Shown: positions 1-10,089 of the stretch, one piece after another
Layout: each line of letters starts with the position of its first letter
Numbering within the stretch: the first letter of the stretch is position 1
Assembly: GCA_001792115.1 (NCBI GenBank)
Contig: MGFX01000001.1
Location: 122,694 to 186,693, forward strand
Origin: Candidatus Woesebacteria bacterium RBG_16_42_24
GTDB taxonomy: Bacteria; Patescibacteriota; Microgenomatia; UBA8517
DNA: 64,000 nt
Reading direction: 5' to 3'
Translations under genes and position numbers: made by a program
The notes under the pieces: generated by a model
What the model saw: the letters and a program-made list of their open reading frames with translations, nothing else
Databases searched by the model: none
Told to the model about the DNA's origin: nothing

Positions 1-65
1 TTTATATAAAGGGTCATTTTGGGCTGCGTCGGCAAAGCCAAAATAGGAAAGCTGTTTAATTATCC

Positions 66-728
66 TCATTTAATTGGATTTAGCTTGTGTGCCGCTTCCT
101 GAAACTTCTTTAAATTCTTTCCTATATCTCCTTCAAAAAGTCTTCTTCCAATTGCAATTTCGTCGGCTCCGGCAAAATGAGTATCGTCAACCGTTGTTAC
201 AGTCTCCCCACCGTCGACACATATTCTAAAAGGGGTAGCATCATTCTTCCTTATCTTGGTTAGTTCTTTAACCTTATCAATAGCCCTTACGTCAAACTCC
301 TGCCCGCCTCGACCGGCCTTGACGCTCATTACTAGAACCACATCCAGGCTAGTTAAAATTTCAGGTTCGATTTGGGAAACGGGCGTGTCAATATCAACAG
401 CCAATCCTACTGAAACTCCTGCTTCAGCAATCTTCCCGATAAAAGCTGCTTGGTTTGTCATTTGCTCAATTTGTCCAATAATCCTGTCTGCCCCACCCCT
501 GACGGCTCTTTCTACCCAATCCACGGGTTCCTTGGTCATTAGGTGAAAATCTAATTCCAAAATCGTATCGAGATCACTAAGTGCTGCCGGGTCTATTGTT
601 TTGCCCTCGGCAAATACCCCGTCGATAATGTCTATCTGGGCTCTGTCGCATACTCCCTCCAGTTTTAATAAAAGTTCCTTTGCCTCAACTGGGCTTGCAG
701 TCAAAATTGCAGGAATTATTTCGACCAT
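66..728 (-). CDS. rpe: ribulose-phosphate 3-epimerase
   Basis: 220 aa; TIM-barrel epimerase-like sequence (ILTASP..., GGADRI..., VLVMSV.PG.GGQ motif region). Confidence 0.75.
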   Translation of the reverse strand: MVEIIPAILTASPVEAKELLLKLEGVCDRAQIDIIDGVFAEGKTIDPAALSDLDTILELDFHLMTKEPVDWVERAVRGGADRIIGQIEQMTNQAAFIGKIAEAGVSVGLAVDIDTPVSQIEPEILTSLDVVLVMSVKAGRGGQEFDVRAIDKVKELTKIRKNDATPFRICVDGGETVTTVDDTHFAGADEIAIGRRLFEGDIGKNLKKFQEAAHKLNPIK

Positions 729-1180
729 TTCTTGTAGAATTGCTCTAAAGCCTGTTTCTGAACATCTTCTAGACGAACCCCCGGTCGCTGTGACGAAACA
801 AAGGAAATAGCTTCATCTACAACCATCCCCTTATACCTGATAAGGTAAGCCGCAACCATTGTCGGGCTTCTTCCGTGTCCCACCTTGCAATGTACGTAAA
901 TTGTTTTTCCTTTCCTGACAATGTGATCAATAAGATACGTGCCTGCCTCAAATTGATCCGGAGAGGGGGCTCTATGATCAACTATCGGCATCCATGCATA
1001 AAATTCTATCTCATCAGGGGGTGTTTCTTTGTGCTCCGCCGTAAGATTTAATTCTGCCCAAACCTTCAACTGTCGAAATTGCTCGGAGTGGACTGGGCAA
1101 ATATTTCCTTTACAGAGGTCGCTTCCTATATAGATATTGTCTGTAATTTTCGAATAGTCGAAAAGGTGATCGTCATTCAT
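716..1180 (-). CDS. dual-specificity / protein-tyrosine phosphatase family protein
   Basis: 154 aa; catalytic P-loop HCxxGxxRS (VHCKVGHGRSPT). Confidence 0.65.
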   Translation of the reverse strand: MNDDHLFDYSKITDNIYIGSDLCKGNICPVHSEQFRQLKVWAELNLTAEHKETPPDEIEFYAWMPIVDHRAPSPDQFEAGTYLIDHIVRKGKTIYVHCKVGHGRSPTMVAAYLIRYKGMVVDEAISFVSSQRPGVRLEDVQKQALEQFYKKWSK

Positions 1181-2283
1181 TGAGGGCTTTTAAATGAAAG
1201 GGTTATTGGGTCTGTTGGAATAGATTCTCCCCCTATTGTTCTGCCGACCCTAATTACCTGCTCAATCAAACGATTAGCATATCCCCATTCGTTGTCATAC
1301 CAGGCAAAAACTTTGACCAAGTTTCCGCTGACTACCTGGGTAAGGGCAAGGTCAACAATCGCCGATTCATCTCTCCCGATTATATCTGAAGAAACCAGTG
1401 GTTCTTTCGAAACTGCCAAAATTCCCTTATAGATTGCATTTTCGCTGGCCTTAACAAATGCTTCATTTACTTCCTCAACGGTCACTTTTTTGGTTAGTAG
1501 CAAGGTAAAATCGGTAATCGAACCCGTGGCAACTGGAACCCTTAGGGCCATTCCGTCAAAGCGGCCTTTCAAATCCGGAATTGTCTCTGTGGTAGAAATA
1601 GCGGCACCGGTAGTTGTGGGGATAATGTTTTCGGCAGCTGCCCTAGCCCGACGCAGGTCCGTGTGGGAATTGTCCTGAAGGTTTTGATCATCGGTGTAGC
1701 CATGGATTGTGGTCATTACGGCTTTCTCAATTCCAAAGGTTGAGTGAAGAACCGAGATAACCGGTGCAACGCAATTTGTAGTGCATGAAGAATTCGATAA
1801 GATTTCTGATTCGCCCTTGAATTCATTCACCCCGATTATATAAGTGCCTACATTTCCACCCTTCACTGGCGCCGAAATAACTACTCTTTTAGCCCCTCCC
1901 ACAGCGTGTTTTTTGGCGTCTTCCTCACTAACGAATTTTCCGGTCGATTCAATCACTACTTCGACGCCGTAGACGCCCCAGGGGATTTTGGTTGGATCTT
2001 TCTGTGCTAAAAGCGGGGTCTTTCTTCCTTCATAAAGTAAATAACCGATAAGCGGATCGGCGTCTACCGCCTCGGAAGCTTTTTTGACTTCTTCGAACTT
2101 AACCTCCTTGGCAAACTTCCGATACATGGTATCGTAGTTGACAAGGTGGGCCCAGCCGGAAACGTCCATACTCCCTGAAGTATTTATGGCGGCAAATTCT
2201 ATTTCGTTCGCGTGTTTTAGAAGACCTATCCTGAAAGCAATTCTGCCAATGCGGCCGAACCCGTTTATTCCAACTTTGAGCAT
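1177..2283 (-). CDS. gap: glyceraldehyde-3-phosphate dehydrogenase
   Basis: 368 aa; N-term GINGFGRIGR NAD-binding motif, catalytic SCTTNC. Confidence 0.9.
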   Translation of the reverse strand: MLKVGINGFGRIGRIAFRIGLLKHANEIEFAAINTSGSMDVSGWAHLVNYDTMYRKFAKEVKFEEVKKASEAVDADPLIGYLLYEGRKTPLLAQKDPTKIPWGVYGVEVVIESTGKFVSEEDAKKHAVGGAKRVVISAPVKGGNVGTYIIGVNEFKGESEILSNSSCTTNCVAPVISVLHSTFGIEKAVMTTIHGYTDDQNLQDNSHTDLRRARAAAENIIPTTTGAAISTTETIPDLKGRFDGMALRVPVATGSITDFTLLLTKKVTVEEVNEAFVKASENAIYKGILAVSKEPLVSSDIIGRDESAIVDLALTQVVSGNLVKVFAWYDNEWGYANRLIEQVIRVGRTIGGESIPTDPITLSFKSPQ

Positions 2284-2334
2284 TAGTTCATTCTAACAGC
2301 GCCTCTATCCCGGGTAAAGCTCCTTTCGCTCTTA

Positions 2335-2535
2335 TTACTTCTTTTTTGTAAGCATGGCGTAGGCTCCCCAAAGCCCGGCAAGCCCAACCAGTGCATAAAC
2401 GATCGTCACAAGCATAGGCCAGCTGCCCAGTATGCTTCCAACCAAATCAAACCTTAGAACACTCATGAAACCTACTTCCAAAGCTCCAAGTACTACTAGC
2501 CATTTTGAAAAGGTCTTTAATTTCATCTTTCTCAC
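2335..2535 (-). CDS. small hydrophobic membrane protein (hypothetical)
   Basis: 66 aa, two predicted TM helices; no motif. Confidence 0.3.
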   Translation of the reverse strand: MRKMKLKTFSKWLVVLGALEVGFMSVLRFDLVGSILGSWPMLVTIVYALVGLAGLWGAYAMLTKKK

Positions 2536-2579
2536 CCCCTCTCACCAAAGCCTTCCTATTTACATTAACACTTTTTACT

Positions 2580-3596
2580 TCAATGTATCAGGGCCTCAAT
2601 TCCGGGTAAAGTTCCTTTTGCCAAAAACTCCAAGGCCGCCCCGCCCCCGACGGAGAGCCAATTAAAGTATTTTTCTAGGCCAAACGTAGTAATTGCCTTA
2701 TGAGTTTCTCCTCCGCCAGCTACCTTAAATGCCCTTGTTTCTGCAATTTTTTTATACACTCTTTCTGTCCCCAGTTTGTGTCCCGGATCCTCAAATTTTC
2801 CTATCGGACCGGCTACAACTATGGTTTTCCCATTACCAATCTCGGCTTCAAACGCCTCAATTGAGTGAATAGTAATATCCTCTTTGTCCGGGTTTAATTT
2901 TGCATAGACTATTTTGGGGTCTTCATCCTTTTTTTCCTCTGGCACAAAATCGGGAAGTCTGCCTCCGACTAGAATCTTGTCGGCGAACTTTTTAAAATCC
3001 TCTATATAGGTAAGCTTATCCTCTTTAAGGCCAGAAATGATAACTACGACCGGACGGGCAGGACTAACAAAAACCTTGCTTAAATTCTCGACTTCTTGGA
3101 AAAATCTGGATCCCGCAACGTGGGGGAGAAACTTTGGAACTCCAGCAATTGAGGCGTGCTCCCTGTGACTTACCGCAAAAGCCTCATTTACATATAGATT
3201 CCCAAGTGCCGCCAGTTCTCTTGCAAAAACGTCACCATTCCCCTCCTCTTGCGGATCAAAGCGAAGATTTTCTAGAAGTAGAATTTGACCCTCGGTCATT
3301 CTATCAACCCTTTCTCTTGCAACAAACCCTGATACTTCGTGGATAAAATCTATCTCATGCTGAAGGAGTCTCCTCAACCTTTGGGCAACGTTTCCAAGAG
3401 ACAGGCTGCTCACGTGTTTACCATTAGGCCTGCCCATGTGCCCCATCAAGATAAGTTTTGCGTCGCTTGAGATTAAGTATTCTATTGTGGGCCTGGCGGC
3501 AATTATTCGAAAGTCTTCACTGCCAACGTCCAAGTCCAGTCTAACCAAGACTTTTTTGCCAAAAAGCTCCTGCGTTTCGAGTCTGGGGATAAGCAT
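2580..3596 (-). CDS. pgk: phosphoglycerate kinase (short form)
   Basis: 338 aa; LENLRF, NEAFAVSHR, AGGGA/GGGAALEFL motifs typical of PGK. Confidence 0.8.
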   Translation of the reverse strand: MLIPRLETQELFGKKVLVRLDLDVGSEDFRIIAARPTIEYLISSDAKLILMGHMGRPNGKHVSSLSLGNVAQRLRRLLQHEIDFIHEVSGFVARERVDRMTEGQILLLENLRFDPQEEGNGDVFARELAALGNLYVNEAFAVSHREHASIAGVPKFLPHVAGSRFFQEVENLSKVFVSPARPVVVIISGLKEDKLTYIEDFKKFADKILVGGRLPDFVPEEKKDEDPKIVYAKLNPDKEDITIHSIEAFEAEIGNGKTIVVAGPIGKFEDPGHKLGTERVYKKIAETRAFKVAGGGETHKAITTFGLEKYFNWLSVGGGAALEFLAKGTLPGIEALIH

Positions 3597-3617
3597 TAGT
3601 TTATTCTAGCAAGAAGT

Positions 3618-4082
3618 TTAATTGTTTGCCTCGAGTCTTTTGATATCTTCAAGTCTTTTTTTATGCCTCGCTTTTCCCGCAAAATTAGTTTCCAGAAAAA
3701 CCTTAACCATTTCTTTGGCTTCATTCTCTTTTGTATAGCCCGCCGCAATCACCAAAACATTCATATCGTCATCGTTTCTTCCGGCTTTTACTTGTGCTGG
3801 AGATTTGCCGATAGACGCTCTTACTCCGTCCATTTTATTTGCAACTACGTCAACGCCCACTCCAGACCCACAAAGAAGGATTCCCAATGAGCCTTTAGTC
3901 TCGGCAACAATCGAGGCAACGCGCTCGGCATAGACTGTATAGTCGTCTTTGGGATCAAGGTAACTTGCCCCCAAATCCGTAAACTCGTATCCCCATTCAA
4001 AAAGCCATCCGGCGATACTCTCTTTAAGCTCATATCCTCTATGGTCCGCCCCTAAATAAACTTTTAACTTTTGACTTTTCAC
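3618..4082 (-). CDS. rpiB: ribose-5-phosphate isomerase B (RpiB/LacAB family)
   Basis: 154 aa; GADHRG..., LLCGSGVG motif of RpiB. Confidence 0.8.
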   Translation of the reverse strand: MKSQKLKVYLGADHRGYELKESIAGWLFEWGYEFTDLGASYLDPKDDYTVYAERVASIVAETKGSLGILLCGSGVGVDVVANKMDGVRASIGKSPAQVKAGRNDDDMNVLVIAAGYTKENEAKEMVKVFLETNFAGKARHKKRLEDIKRLEANN

Positions 4083-4089
4083 TTTTAAC

Positions 4090-4749
4090 TTATTTAAATC
4101 CTTCCACCAATTCCAATAGCTCCGCCTTGGGGTCGACTGCGGTAACCACGTCGGTTGCTAAAGCCACCCCAACGGCCCCCAACTCTAAACTCATTTTTAC
4201 GTCGTCCCGAGAATGTATTCCGGCTCCGACTATAAGAGGGATACCTGCGTTTTTGCAGATTTCTGAGGCCTGGGAAATAATATCCGGGTGCGCCTGGGCA
4301 ACCGAAGTCTCGCGGCTTCCAATGAGTTCCTGGGGCTCGTAACTTGCAAACGTGGGTTTAAGGGTAACAATTTGGGCGAGCTCTCTTGCATCGGAGGCGA
4401 ACACCAAAGTTTTCAATCCTACATCGCTGGCCCTCTCTACCGAGGCTTTGAGTTTTTCAAAATCTCCTACCTTGGCTTCAGAGTGATTTAAAAATGTTCC
4501 GGAGGCTCCGTCCTCATATACTGCTTCCGGTAAAATACCCCCTGTATGGGCGCCAAAGGTTACAGGATCTATATTCTGAACCCATATTTCGAGTTTTGAG
4601 GCTAAAGTCGCTTCCTTTACGTCAGAGGCTTGTACAACTGGGATGATTTTGACTCCAGAGGTGAGGACTACACTTTCAATAGTTTTAATTAAAGCCAGCC
4701 CCTTTTCTCCGGTACCTCCTTCGAAGGTTTTGAAGTTTACAAAGATCAT
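4090..4749 (-). CDS. tpiA: triosephosphate isomerase, archaeal-type short form
   Basis: 219 aa; NHSE catalytic motif region (FLNHSEAKV), IVGAGIHSRDDV; length typical of archaeal TIMs. Confidence 0.65.
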   Translation of the reverse strand: MIFVNFKTFEGGTGEKGLALIKTIESVVLTSGVKIIPVVQASDVKEATLASKLEIWVQNIDPVTFGAHTGGILPEAVYEDGASGTFLNHSEAKVGDFEKLKASVERASDVGLKTLVFASDARELAQIVTLKPTFASYEPQELIGSRETSVAQAHPDIISQASEICKNAGIPLIVGAGIHSRDDVKMSLELGAVGVALATDVVTAVDPKAELLELVEGFK

Positions 4750-4797
4750 TGGATTAAAAGTAACACAGGTAGCAAAAGTATGACAAGTATAACAGGC

Positions 4798-5163
4798 TTA
4801 TCTACCTATTTTGCTTTTGTATCTAAAAAGTAAATAGCCAACCTTTGCTCTTTGACTGTCAAACCTCAAGTAATCATTCTCGTTCCAGTACTTTACTTCT
4901 CGCGCAACCTCCCCTTGGCTCTCCAATTCTAATAACGATCCTTCGGCAATTTCAAGATACCTAAGTTTATCTTTAGAAGACCTCCTCAACCAACCTTCGG
5001 CCATCTGGCTCATAATAGACACTGCGGCTCGCCTCATTTGTCCTTTAAGTGCGAAGTCTTCACTTCTGGGGAATTTTTCTGTTAGCTCATAAACCAATAC
5101 TGTAAGTTTTTTTGCTTCCTTCCAAACAATTAGGTTTCTATATCCGCTTACCAGTTTTTGCAT
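4798..5163 (-). CDS. four-helix-bundle protein (TIGR02436 / 23S rRNA-intervening-sequence protein family)
   Basis: 121 aa; family-typical YELTEKFP...R...QMRRAAVSI..NIAEG; flanked by inverted repeats (CAGGTAG/ CTACCTG, ACAAGTA/TACTTGT). Confidence 0.7.
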   Translation of the reverse strand: MQKLVSGYRNLIVWKEAKKLTVLVYELTEKFPRSEDFALKGQMRRAAVSIMSQMAEGWLRRSSKDKLRYLEIAEGSLLELESQGEVAREVKYWNENDYLRFDSQRAKVGYLLFRYKSKIGR

Positions 5164-5203
5164 TACCCTTTTCTACCTGCTCTACCTTTACTACTTGTAA
5201 TAC

Positions 5204-5458
5204 CTATCCTTGTATTCCCAATACTTGATTTATTTTCCCTTTATCGAATCCAACTATCGTCGATTTTGACCCATCGTCCTGGGCAATAACCGTAAAAGGT
5301 ACTCCTAAAAATCCGCCCGAGTCTTTCACCATCTCTTCCCTCGCCGCCTCATCCTGATCGACAAGTTTTTCGGTAAAAGGAATTGCCTTCCCACTCAAAT
5401 AATCCTTGAGCATTTTGCAGTAAGGACAAGTAGTTGTCGAAAAAACTGTAACAGTCAT
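5204..5458 (-). CDS. glutaredoxin-family (NrdH-like) redoxin
   Basis: 84 aa; CPYC active site near N-terminus. Confidence 0.7.
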   Translation of the reverse strand: MTVTVFSTTTCPYCKMLKDYLSGKAIPFTEKLVDQDEAAREEMVKDSGGFLGVPFTVIAQDDGSKSTIVGFDKGKINQVLGIQG

Positions 5459-5911
5459 TTATTCTGTCACCTCCAAGGTTCCTTCCAACCCAAGACCTCT
5501 GTGATTCCCAACGCTGCAATAAAAAGTGTAAGTTCCGGCCTCGTTAATTGTAAATTCGACAGAAACTGATTTACCGGGTCCTGCAAGCGAGGTAGATACA
5601 TTCATATCTTCAACGACAAAATCGTGGGGCATGTTGCCATTATTCACTAGAGTCAGTTTAATTTTCTCACCTTTTTTAACCGAGATCTCTTCGGTCGAGT
5701 AAGAAAATTCATCGGCTTCAATCGTAATTTCGCGAACGTCCTCTTCCCCCTCGCCTGGTATCACCTCTGGGGTCGGGGTGGGAGTAACAATCGGGGTAAT
5801 ATTCCCCGTGGGACTCTGGGTTTTCTCCCGACCTACTCCCAAAAAATATCCTGCAACAAGAAGTACAGCAACTAGGCTTCCAACCCCTAACCAAAGTCCC
5901 TTACCTTGCAT
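5459..5911 (-). CDS. membrane-anchored cupredoxin-domain protein
   Basis: 150 aa; N-term TM, C-term FYCSVGNHRG.. cupredoxin-like Cys/His ligands. Confidence 0.5.
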   Translation of the reverse strand: MQGKGLWLGVGSLVAVLLVAGYFLGVGREKTQSPTGNITPIVTPTPTPEVIPGEGEEDVREITIEADEFSYSTEEISVKKGEKIKLTLVNNGNMPHDFVVEDMNVSTSLAGPGKSVSVEFTINEAGTYTFYCSVGNHRGLGLEGTLEVTE

Positions 5912-6009
5912 AAATCTAGTCCAAGTATATCAGAACTTTTATTTTATTTGATACCTAAGTTTATATGCAAAACCAAAGAGTCAGGCGTAAGACAAATGCG
6001 ACAGGGAAA

Positions 6010-6759
6010 TTAACCGGTATGTGGAAGAATTGCCCTCATTAAAATGATCAAAATTACTCCCAAGATCAAAAATGAAACGTTTTTAACAGAAGACTTCTCC
6101 GATTCCATCTTGGTTTCGGGCAAAAAATCGGTTGCGGCAACATAGAGAAAAAGGCCCGCTGCAACGGACAGTAGCACGCCAACTGAACCTTCAATTTTTT
6201 GTGAGAAGAAAAAGGTTAGAAGTGCTCCTGGGAAAGTAGCAAGGGCCGAGTAAAAATTGGTTAAGAATGCTTTTGAAGGTTTAAATCCCGCTGAAAGAAG
6301 AATACCAAAGTCCGCTATCTCGTGGGGTGTTTCGTGCAAGAAAGTTGCAAGGGCAACAGTAAGTCCTAAAGGTGGGCTAACCATAAACGCCGCAGCGATG
6401 GCAACTCCGTCTAGAAAGTTGTGGATTGTGTCCCCAAATATTACAAGCGGGATGGCCGTTTTAGGTTCTACCTCGTCTTCAGTTGTATGGTGGTGGAGGT
6501 GAAATAAGAATCGCTCTATTAAAAAAAGAAGAATAAAAACTACAAGAACGACGCTAAAAGCGCCCGTATCTAACTGATCAACGGCTTCTGGTAGTAAATC
6601 TAAAAAGGAAACCGCCAGAAGTACCCCGGTAGCAAGTGGTAAAGCCATGCTTGAAAGTTTACGGCCCCAATCCGCTCTGAATAAAAAGATCGCTCCCCCT
6701 ATAAGTCCGGCTATACTTCCTAAAAACGCCAATGCAATAATATTTAGAAGATCTCCCAT
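6010..6759 (-). CDS. ZIP family metal (Zn/Fe) transporter
   Basis: 249 aa; His-rich loop HLHHHTTEDE, HNFLDGVAIA and HETPHEIADF motifs of ZupT/ZIP. Confidence 0.8.
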   Translation of the reverse strand: MGDLLNIIALAFLGSIAGLIGGAIFLFRADWGRKLSSMALPLATGVLLAVSFLDLLPEAVDQLDTGAFSVVLVVFILLFLIERFLFHLHHHTTEDEVEPKTAIPLVIFGDTIHNFLDGVAIAAAFMVSPPLGLTVALATFLHETPHEIADFGILLSAGFKPSKAFLTNFYSALATFPGALLTFFFSQKIEGSVGVLLSVAAGLFLYVAATDFLPETKMESEKSSVKNVSFLILGVILIILMRAILPHTG

Positions 6760-7485
6760 TTAAGAAAACAAAAAACCGAATACTCTCAACCAGGCTGGTT
6801 GTTCTACAAATAGAACTTCCCCGGTCATGGCCGAGATTGAAGTTGTAACCGGTATCTGGAATTTAAAAAGATTTACAATATTTATTGTCTTTTGTCCAAG
6901 AATTTCGTAGGTAAGTTCACCTCGTCCTCCTTCGGCCAACTCCATAGTATCTCCTTGTTTCATATTTGAAAATGTCTTTGCCCGAATCGCAACTTCTAAT
7001 GCTTCTTTTGGAAGAAATGGTAGAATTCTAATCCCGGAAGCAGTAACCACCGAAAGCTCCGCCCTGGCAGGGTCTATTTTTATGGGGTAGTCGGTTAGGG
7101 CAAGTGTTCCTTCCTCCTCAATCAAAAATCTACCAGCTAAAACTCCGATTTTGACCTTTCTTACCTGCGGTCTTTCCTCAATTTCTACAATTTCACCACC
7201 GATACTGGTTACGTCTAGACTTCTTTCTTGACCCCCTTCTTTAACGCTCAGTGTAAACTTGTCGCCTTCTTTTAGAAGCGAAACCAGCGAACTTTCGGCC
7301 GGTGAACCTCCGACGACATTTTTTACAACAATTTGAGATGCTTTTGGAATACCCAATGTGGCTTCGCTGGCAAGAACCTTCCAAACGACTTCGCCATTTT
7401 TGTCAATTACAATCAAGCTCGCAAAAGCATTTCTTGGGAAAAAAAAGGGTAAAATTAGTAGGAATAAAAGCAGGCTCCTTTTCAC
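6760..7485 (-). CDS. secreted hypothetical protein
   Basis: 241 aa with N-terminal signal peptide; no recognisable motif. Confidence 0.4.
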   Translation of the reverse strand: MKRSLLLFLLILPFFFPRNAFASLIVIDKNGEVVWKVLASEATLGIPKASQIVVKNVVGGSPAESSLVSLLKEGDKFTLSVKEGGQERSLDVTSIGGEIVEIEERPQVRKVKIGVLAGRFLIEEEGTLALTDYPIKIDPARAELSVVTASGIRILPFLPKEALEVAIRAKTFSNMKQGDTMELAEGGRGELTYEILGQKTINIVNLFKFQIPVTTSISAMTGEVLFVEQPAWLRVFGFLFS

Positions 7486-7533
7486 TACCTTAGAATACCC
7501 TTCTTAAATGGAGTCTGTCAACGAAGAATTTAC

Positions 7534-8061
7534 TTAAAAACTACCCTCTAGAATGTGCTTCTCGGGCTTTTTGTCGTCAACCGCTTCAAGCGTGACAACA
7601 ACTTCCGAGTATTCGGAGTAATCCCTTGAAGATTCAAATTCTAACATGTAGCCGCCTTTGGCAAGTGTTAGCCTTCCTGTTGAGATATAAGCAAAATTCT
7701 CATCCCCCTGCCTTCCGCGCACTAACCAGCCCTCGTAGAAATACCCGGCTGCGGGATCCGAAAGGTCGGCTAGAACCGCGTGGGTGAATTTACCCGATTC
7801 GAACTTTCTGGTTGCAAGGCCGCTAGCGTCTCCTCCTGAAACATCCCTAAGTTCCGCCTTATCGACATCTTCCGGAACTTGAATATTAAACCTGTCTTCA
7901 AATGTTTCTTCAAAAGTCGGTTGGGGTGCTGGAGGAAGCTCTGGGGTGCCCGCTTTACGATACCAGTAAACTATACCGGCGATAATTAGCAATACAATCA
8001 AACCTATAACTATATTTCTGCTCATTGGCCGAAGGTTAACACGACCTTTATATTTTGTCAA
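7534..8061 (-). CDS. membrane-anchored hypothetical protein
   Basis: 175 aa; single N-terminal TM, Pro-rich linker, C-terminal domain of unknown function. Confidence 0.4.
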   Translation of the reverse strand: MTKYKGRVNLRPMSRNIVIGLIVLLIIAGIVYWYRKAGTPELPPAPQPTFEETFEDRFNIQVPEDVDKAELRDVSGGDASGLATRKFESGKFTHAVLADLSDPAAGYFYEGWLVRGRQGDENFAYISTGRLTLAKGGYMLEFESSRDYSEYSEVVVTLEAVDDKKPEKHILEGSF

Positions 8062-8155
8062 ATTTTGGCGGGAGAACTCAAAATTTCCGCATATTTAACG
8101 CATTATTTCCGAAACGTACGAATTTATTAAAAGATTTTACGTTTCAAGCCTTACT

Positions 8156-8323
8156 TTAGATAGAGTCCAAAAAGGGCAAGAACCGCCGCCACCAAAAGCC
8201 ACTGTGTTGAGGCAAGCCAAATGTCCGTCCCCATATAGCCTACACCAGCTAAAATTACAGAAAAAACCGCCCCTGCAATCATTACTTGGGAAAATGTACT
8301 TCTCTCTTTCTTATCCATCTATT
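8156..8323 (-). CDS. small membrane protein (hypothetical, <60 aa, not in ORF track)
   Basis: ATG at 8323 (minus) gives ~55 aa with two hydrophobic segments (MDKKERSTFSQVMIAGAVFSV...). Confidence 0.25.
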
Positions 8324-8332
8324 CTCACCTCC

Positions 8333-8857
8333 TTAGACAACAAACTTATCTAATAAATAGCCTACTAAATAAGCAAGGGACGCTGCAAGACCCCCAATAA
8401 CAAGCATCTCAATTCCACTTTTAAACCAACTTTTTTTTGTGTAAAAACTCCGGAAACTTCCTATGCTAAAAAGCGAAATCCCTACAATTACCGCGGACTG
8501 AATAAATTCACCGCCCCATCTAAAGATAAACGGCAAAAGAGGTAAAAGTCCAGCGCCTACGAAAGCCGCATAAGTGATTACACCTGTTTTTACAGGTGAG
8601 GTATGTTTAGGTATGACTCTTTCTTCGGCTCTTTCATAATCAAGTTCACTTTTTACACCCAAGTATTTACCGGTAGCCATAGAAAGTCCGTCGGCTAAAA
8701 GATTTGCGAATCCCAAAATTAAAACAACCGTGGGGGAAAAAGAAGCACCTGCCGAGCCTGCCACAACTGCAAAAGTAGTAATCAGGCCGTCGTCAGCCGC
8801 AAAAACAGCCTCGCCAAAAAGCGAGGCCTTCTCATGAATTACTTCTCTTTCTCCCAT
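8333..8857 (-). CDS. VIT1/CCC1-family (DUF125) iron/manganese transporter
   Basis: 174 aa; GLITTFAVVAG..., GLSMATGKYLG, conserved Glu-rich loop; family-typical topology. Confidence 0.6.
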   Translation of the reverse strand: MGEREVIHEKASLFGEAVFAADDGLITTFAVVAGSAGASFSPTVVLILGFANLLADGLSMATGKYLGVKSELDYERAEERVIPKHTSPVKTGVITYAAFVGAGLLPLLPFIFRWGGEFIQSAVIVGISLFSIGSFRSFYTKKSWFKSGIEMLVIGGLAASLAYLVGYLLDKFVV

Positions 8858-8889
8858 TAATCCATATTACCACGACGAGGTGGGAAGAA

Positions 8890-9705
8890 TCATTCAACGA
8901 CAAAGGTCGATTCCTCGTAGAACCTCAAATTTAGATTTTTAAGAAAATTTTTGAAATAATTTTGCTTTTCTCTCTCTGTCACTCCTTTGCCGAGCATCGC
9001 GATTGGATAGTTGATTCTTAGAGCTCTCCCATTTATAACGTGCCTTGTTATTCCTGTAGGCAGCGTTATCCCTTTCTCCAGGAGACTATAAATTTCGTGG
9101 CTCGAAAATGATGGGAAGAAAAGAGCCACATTTTTATCCTTATGTTTGGTAAAGAATTCCGAAAGTTGGGCCATACTTTCTATGGTGACTTGCCTGTCGC
9201 GCTCAATAAGCTGCCCATAAAGCTTGACTACCGACCTCATGAGCTTTACCCGCCTTATTAGGTCGGAATTGGAGAAAATACTCAAGCCGTTTCCATCCCG
9301 GAAAATGATCGACGCTGCCGCCAGGGGATGACCGGTGAGTGTTACTCCGAGGCCAATCTTAAAGCTTTCCGTTTCTACTTTTGGGAGCATCTTCAGTTTT
9401 TTGAGAAATTCTTGTTTATTAACTTTGGAAACGTGGACCCAAGATTTAATTAGGACGGATGAGGTATCGTGGTAGTCAACCACCTGAACAACCACATGAC
9501 TACAGCCCAATTTTCTCAAGACATTGATTCTATTTGTACCGTCGAGCTGAATCAGCTTTTTACCCAGACCCGAAGCCACGATTGGAGGGTCTTTTAAAGT
9601 TTGCGATTTTCTGAATGCTTCGACCAAGTTCTTGAGGCGCTCACTTTCTGCTTCCTCCTGAAGTTCGATTGAAGAAAGCGGGACAAGTTTAAGTACCGGC
9701 TCCAT
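8890..9705 (-). CDS. ParB/sulfiredoxin-like nuclease-domain protein
   Basis: 271 aa; N-terminal ParB-like box (IQLDGTNRINVLRKLG). Confidence 0.45.
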   Translation of the reverse strand: MEPVLKLVPLSSIELQEEAESERLKNLVEAFRKSQTLKDPPIVASGLGKKLIQLDGTNRINVLRKLGCSHVVVQVVDYHDTSSVLIKSWVHVSKVNKQEFLKKLKMLPKVETESFKIGLGVTLTGHPLAAASIIFRDGNGLSIFSNSDLIRRVKLMRSVVKLYGQLIERDRQVTIESMAQLSEFFTKHKDKNVALFFPSFSSHEIYSLLEKGITLPTGITRHVINGRALRINYPIAMLGKGVTEREKQNYFKNFLKNLNLRFYEESTFVVE

Positions 9706-9773
9706 GCAAGGATTTTAACACTTTTTGAACATTCCTTAGAAACTGAAGTGCTCGCCAAGTGAAGTGACTAAAC

Positions 9774-9977
9774 TTATTCTTGCGGGGGTGGCTGAACTCC
9801 GCTCGGCGGTAGATTTTGCCCCCCACCCGGTTGTTGACCAGGAGGCTGTTGCTGGCCCGGTTGGGGCCCTTGTGGACTAGGGGCGGTGCGCCTTCCTAAA
9901 TAAAACCCGATAGCACCGGCAATTAACAATCCAATTCCCACCCAGGTTAAAATTAAAGCCTTCTTTTCGGGTGACAT
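9774..9977 (-). CDS. small Pro/Gln-rich membrane-anchored protein
   Basis: 67 aa; one TM then low-complexity PQG-rich tail. Confidence 0.3.
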   Translation of the reverse strand: MSPEKKALILTWVGIGLLIAGAIGFYLGRRTAPSPQGPQPGQQQPPGQQPGGGQNLPPSGVQPPPQE

Positions 9978-10089
9978 CTAATTACCTCCAGCATAACCAG
10001 ATTAGCAGAAATTCAAAACCCATGTCAAAAAACCTTCCTGCCCGCCCCTTTTTCTTAATTATGCTAAATCCAAAAACAGTTACATTTCA

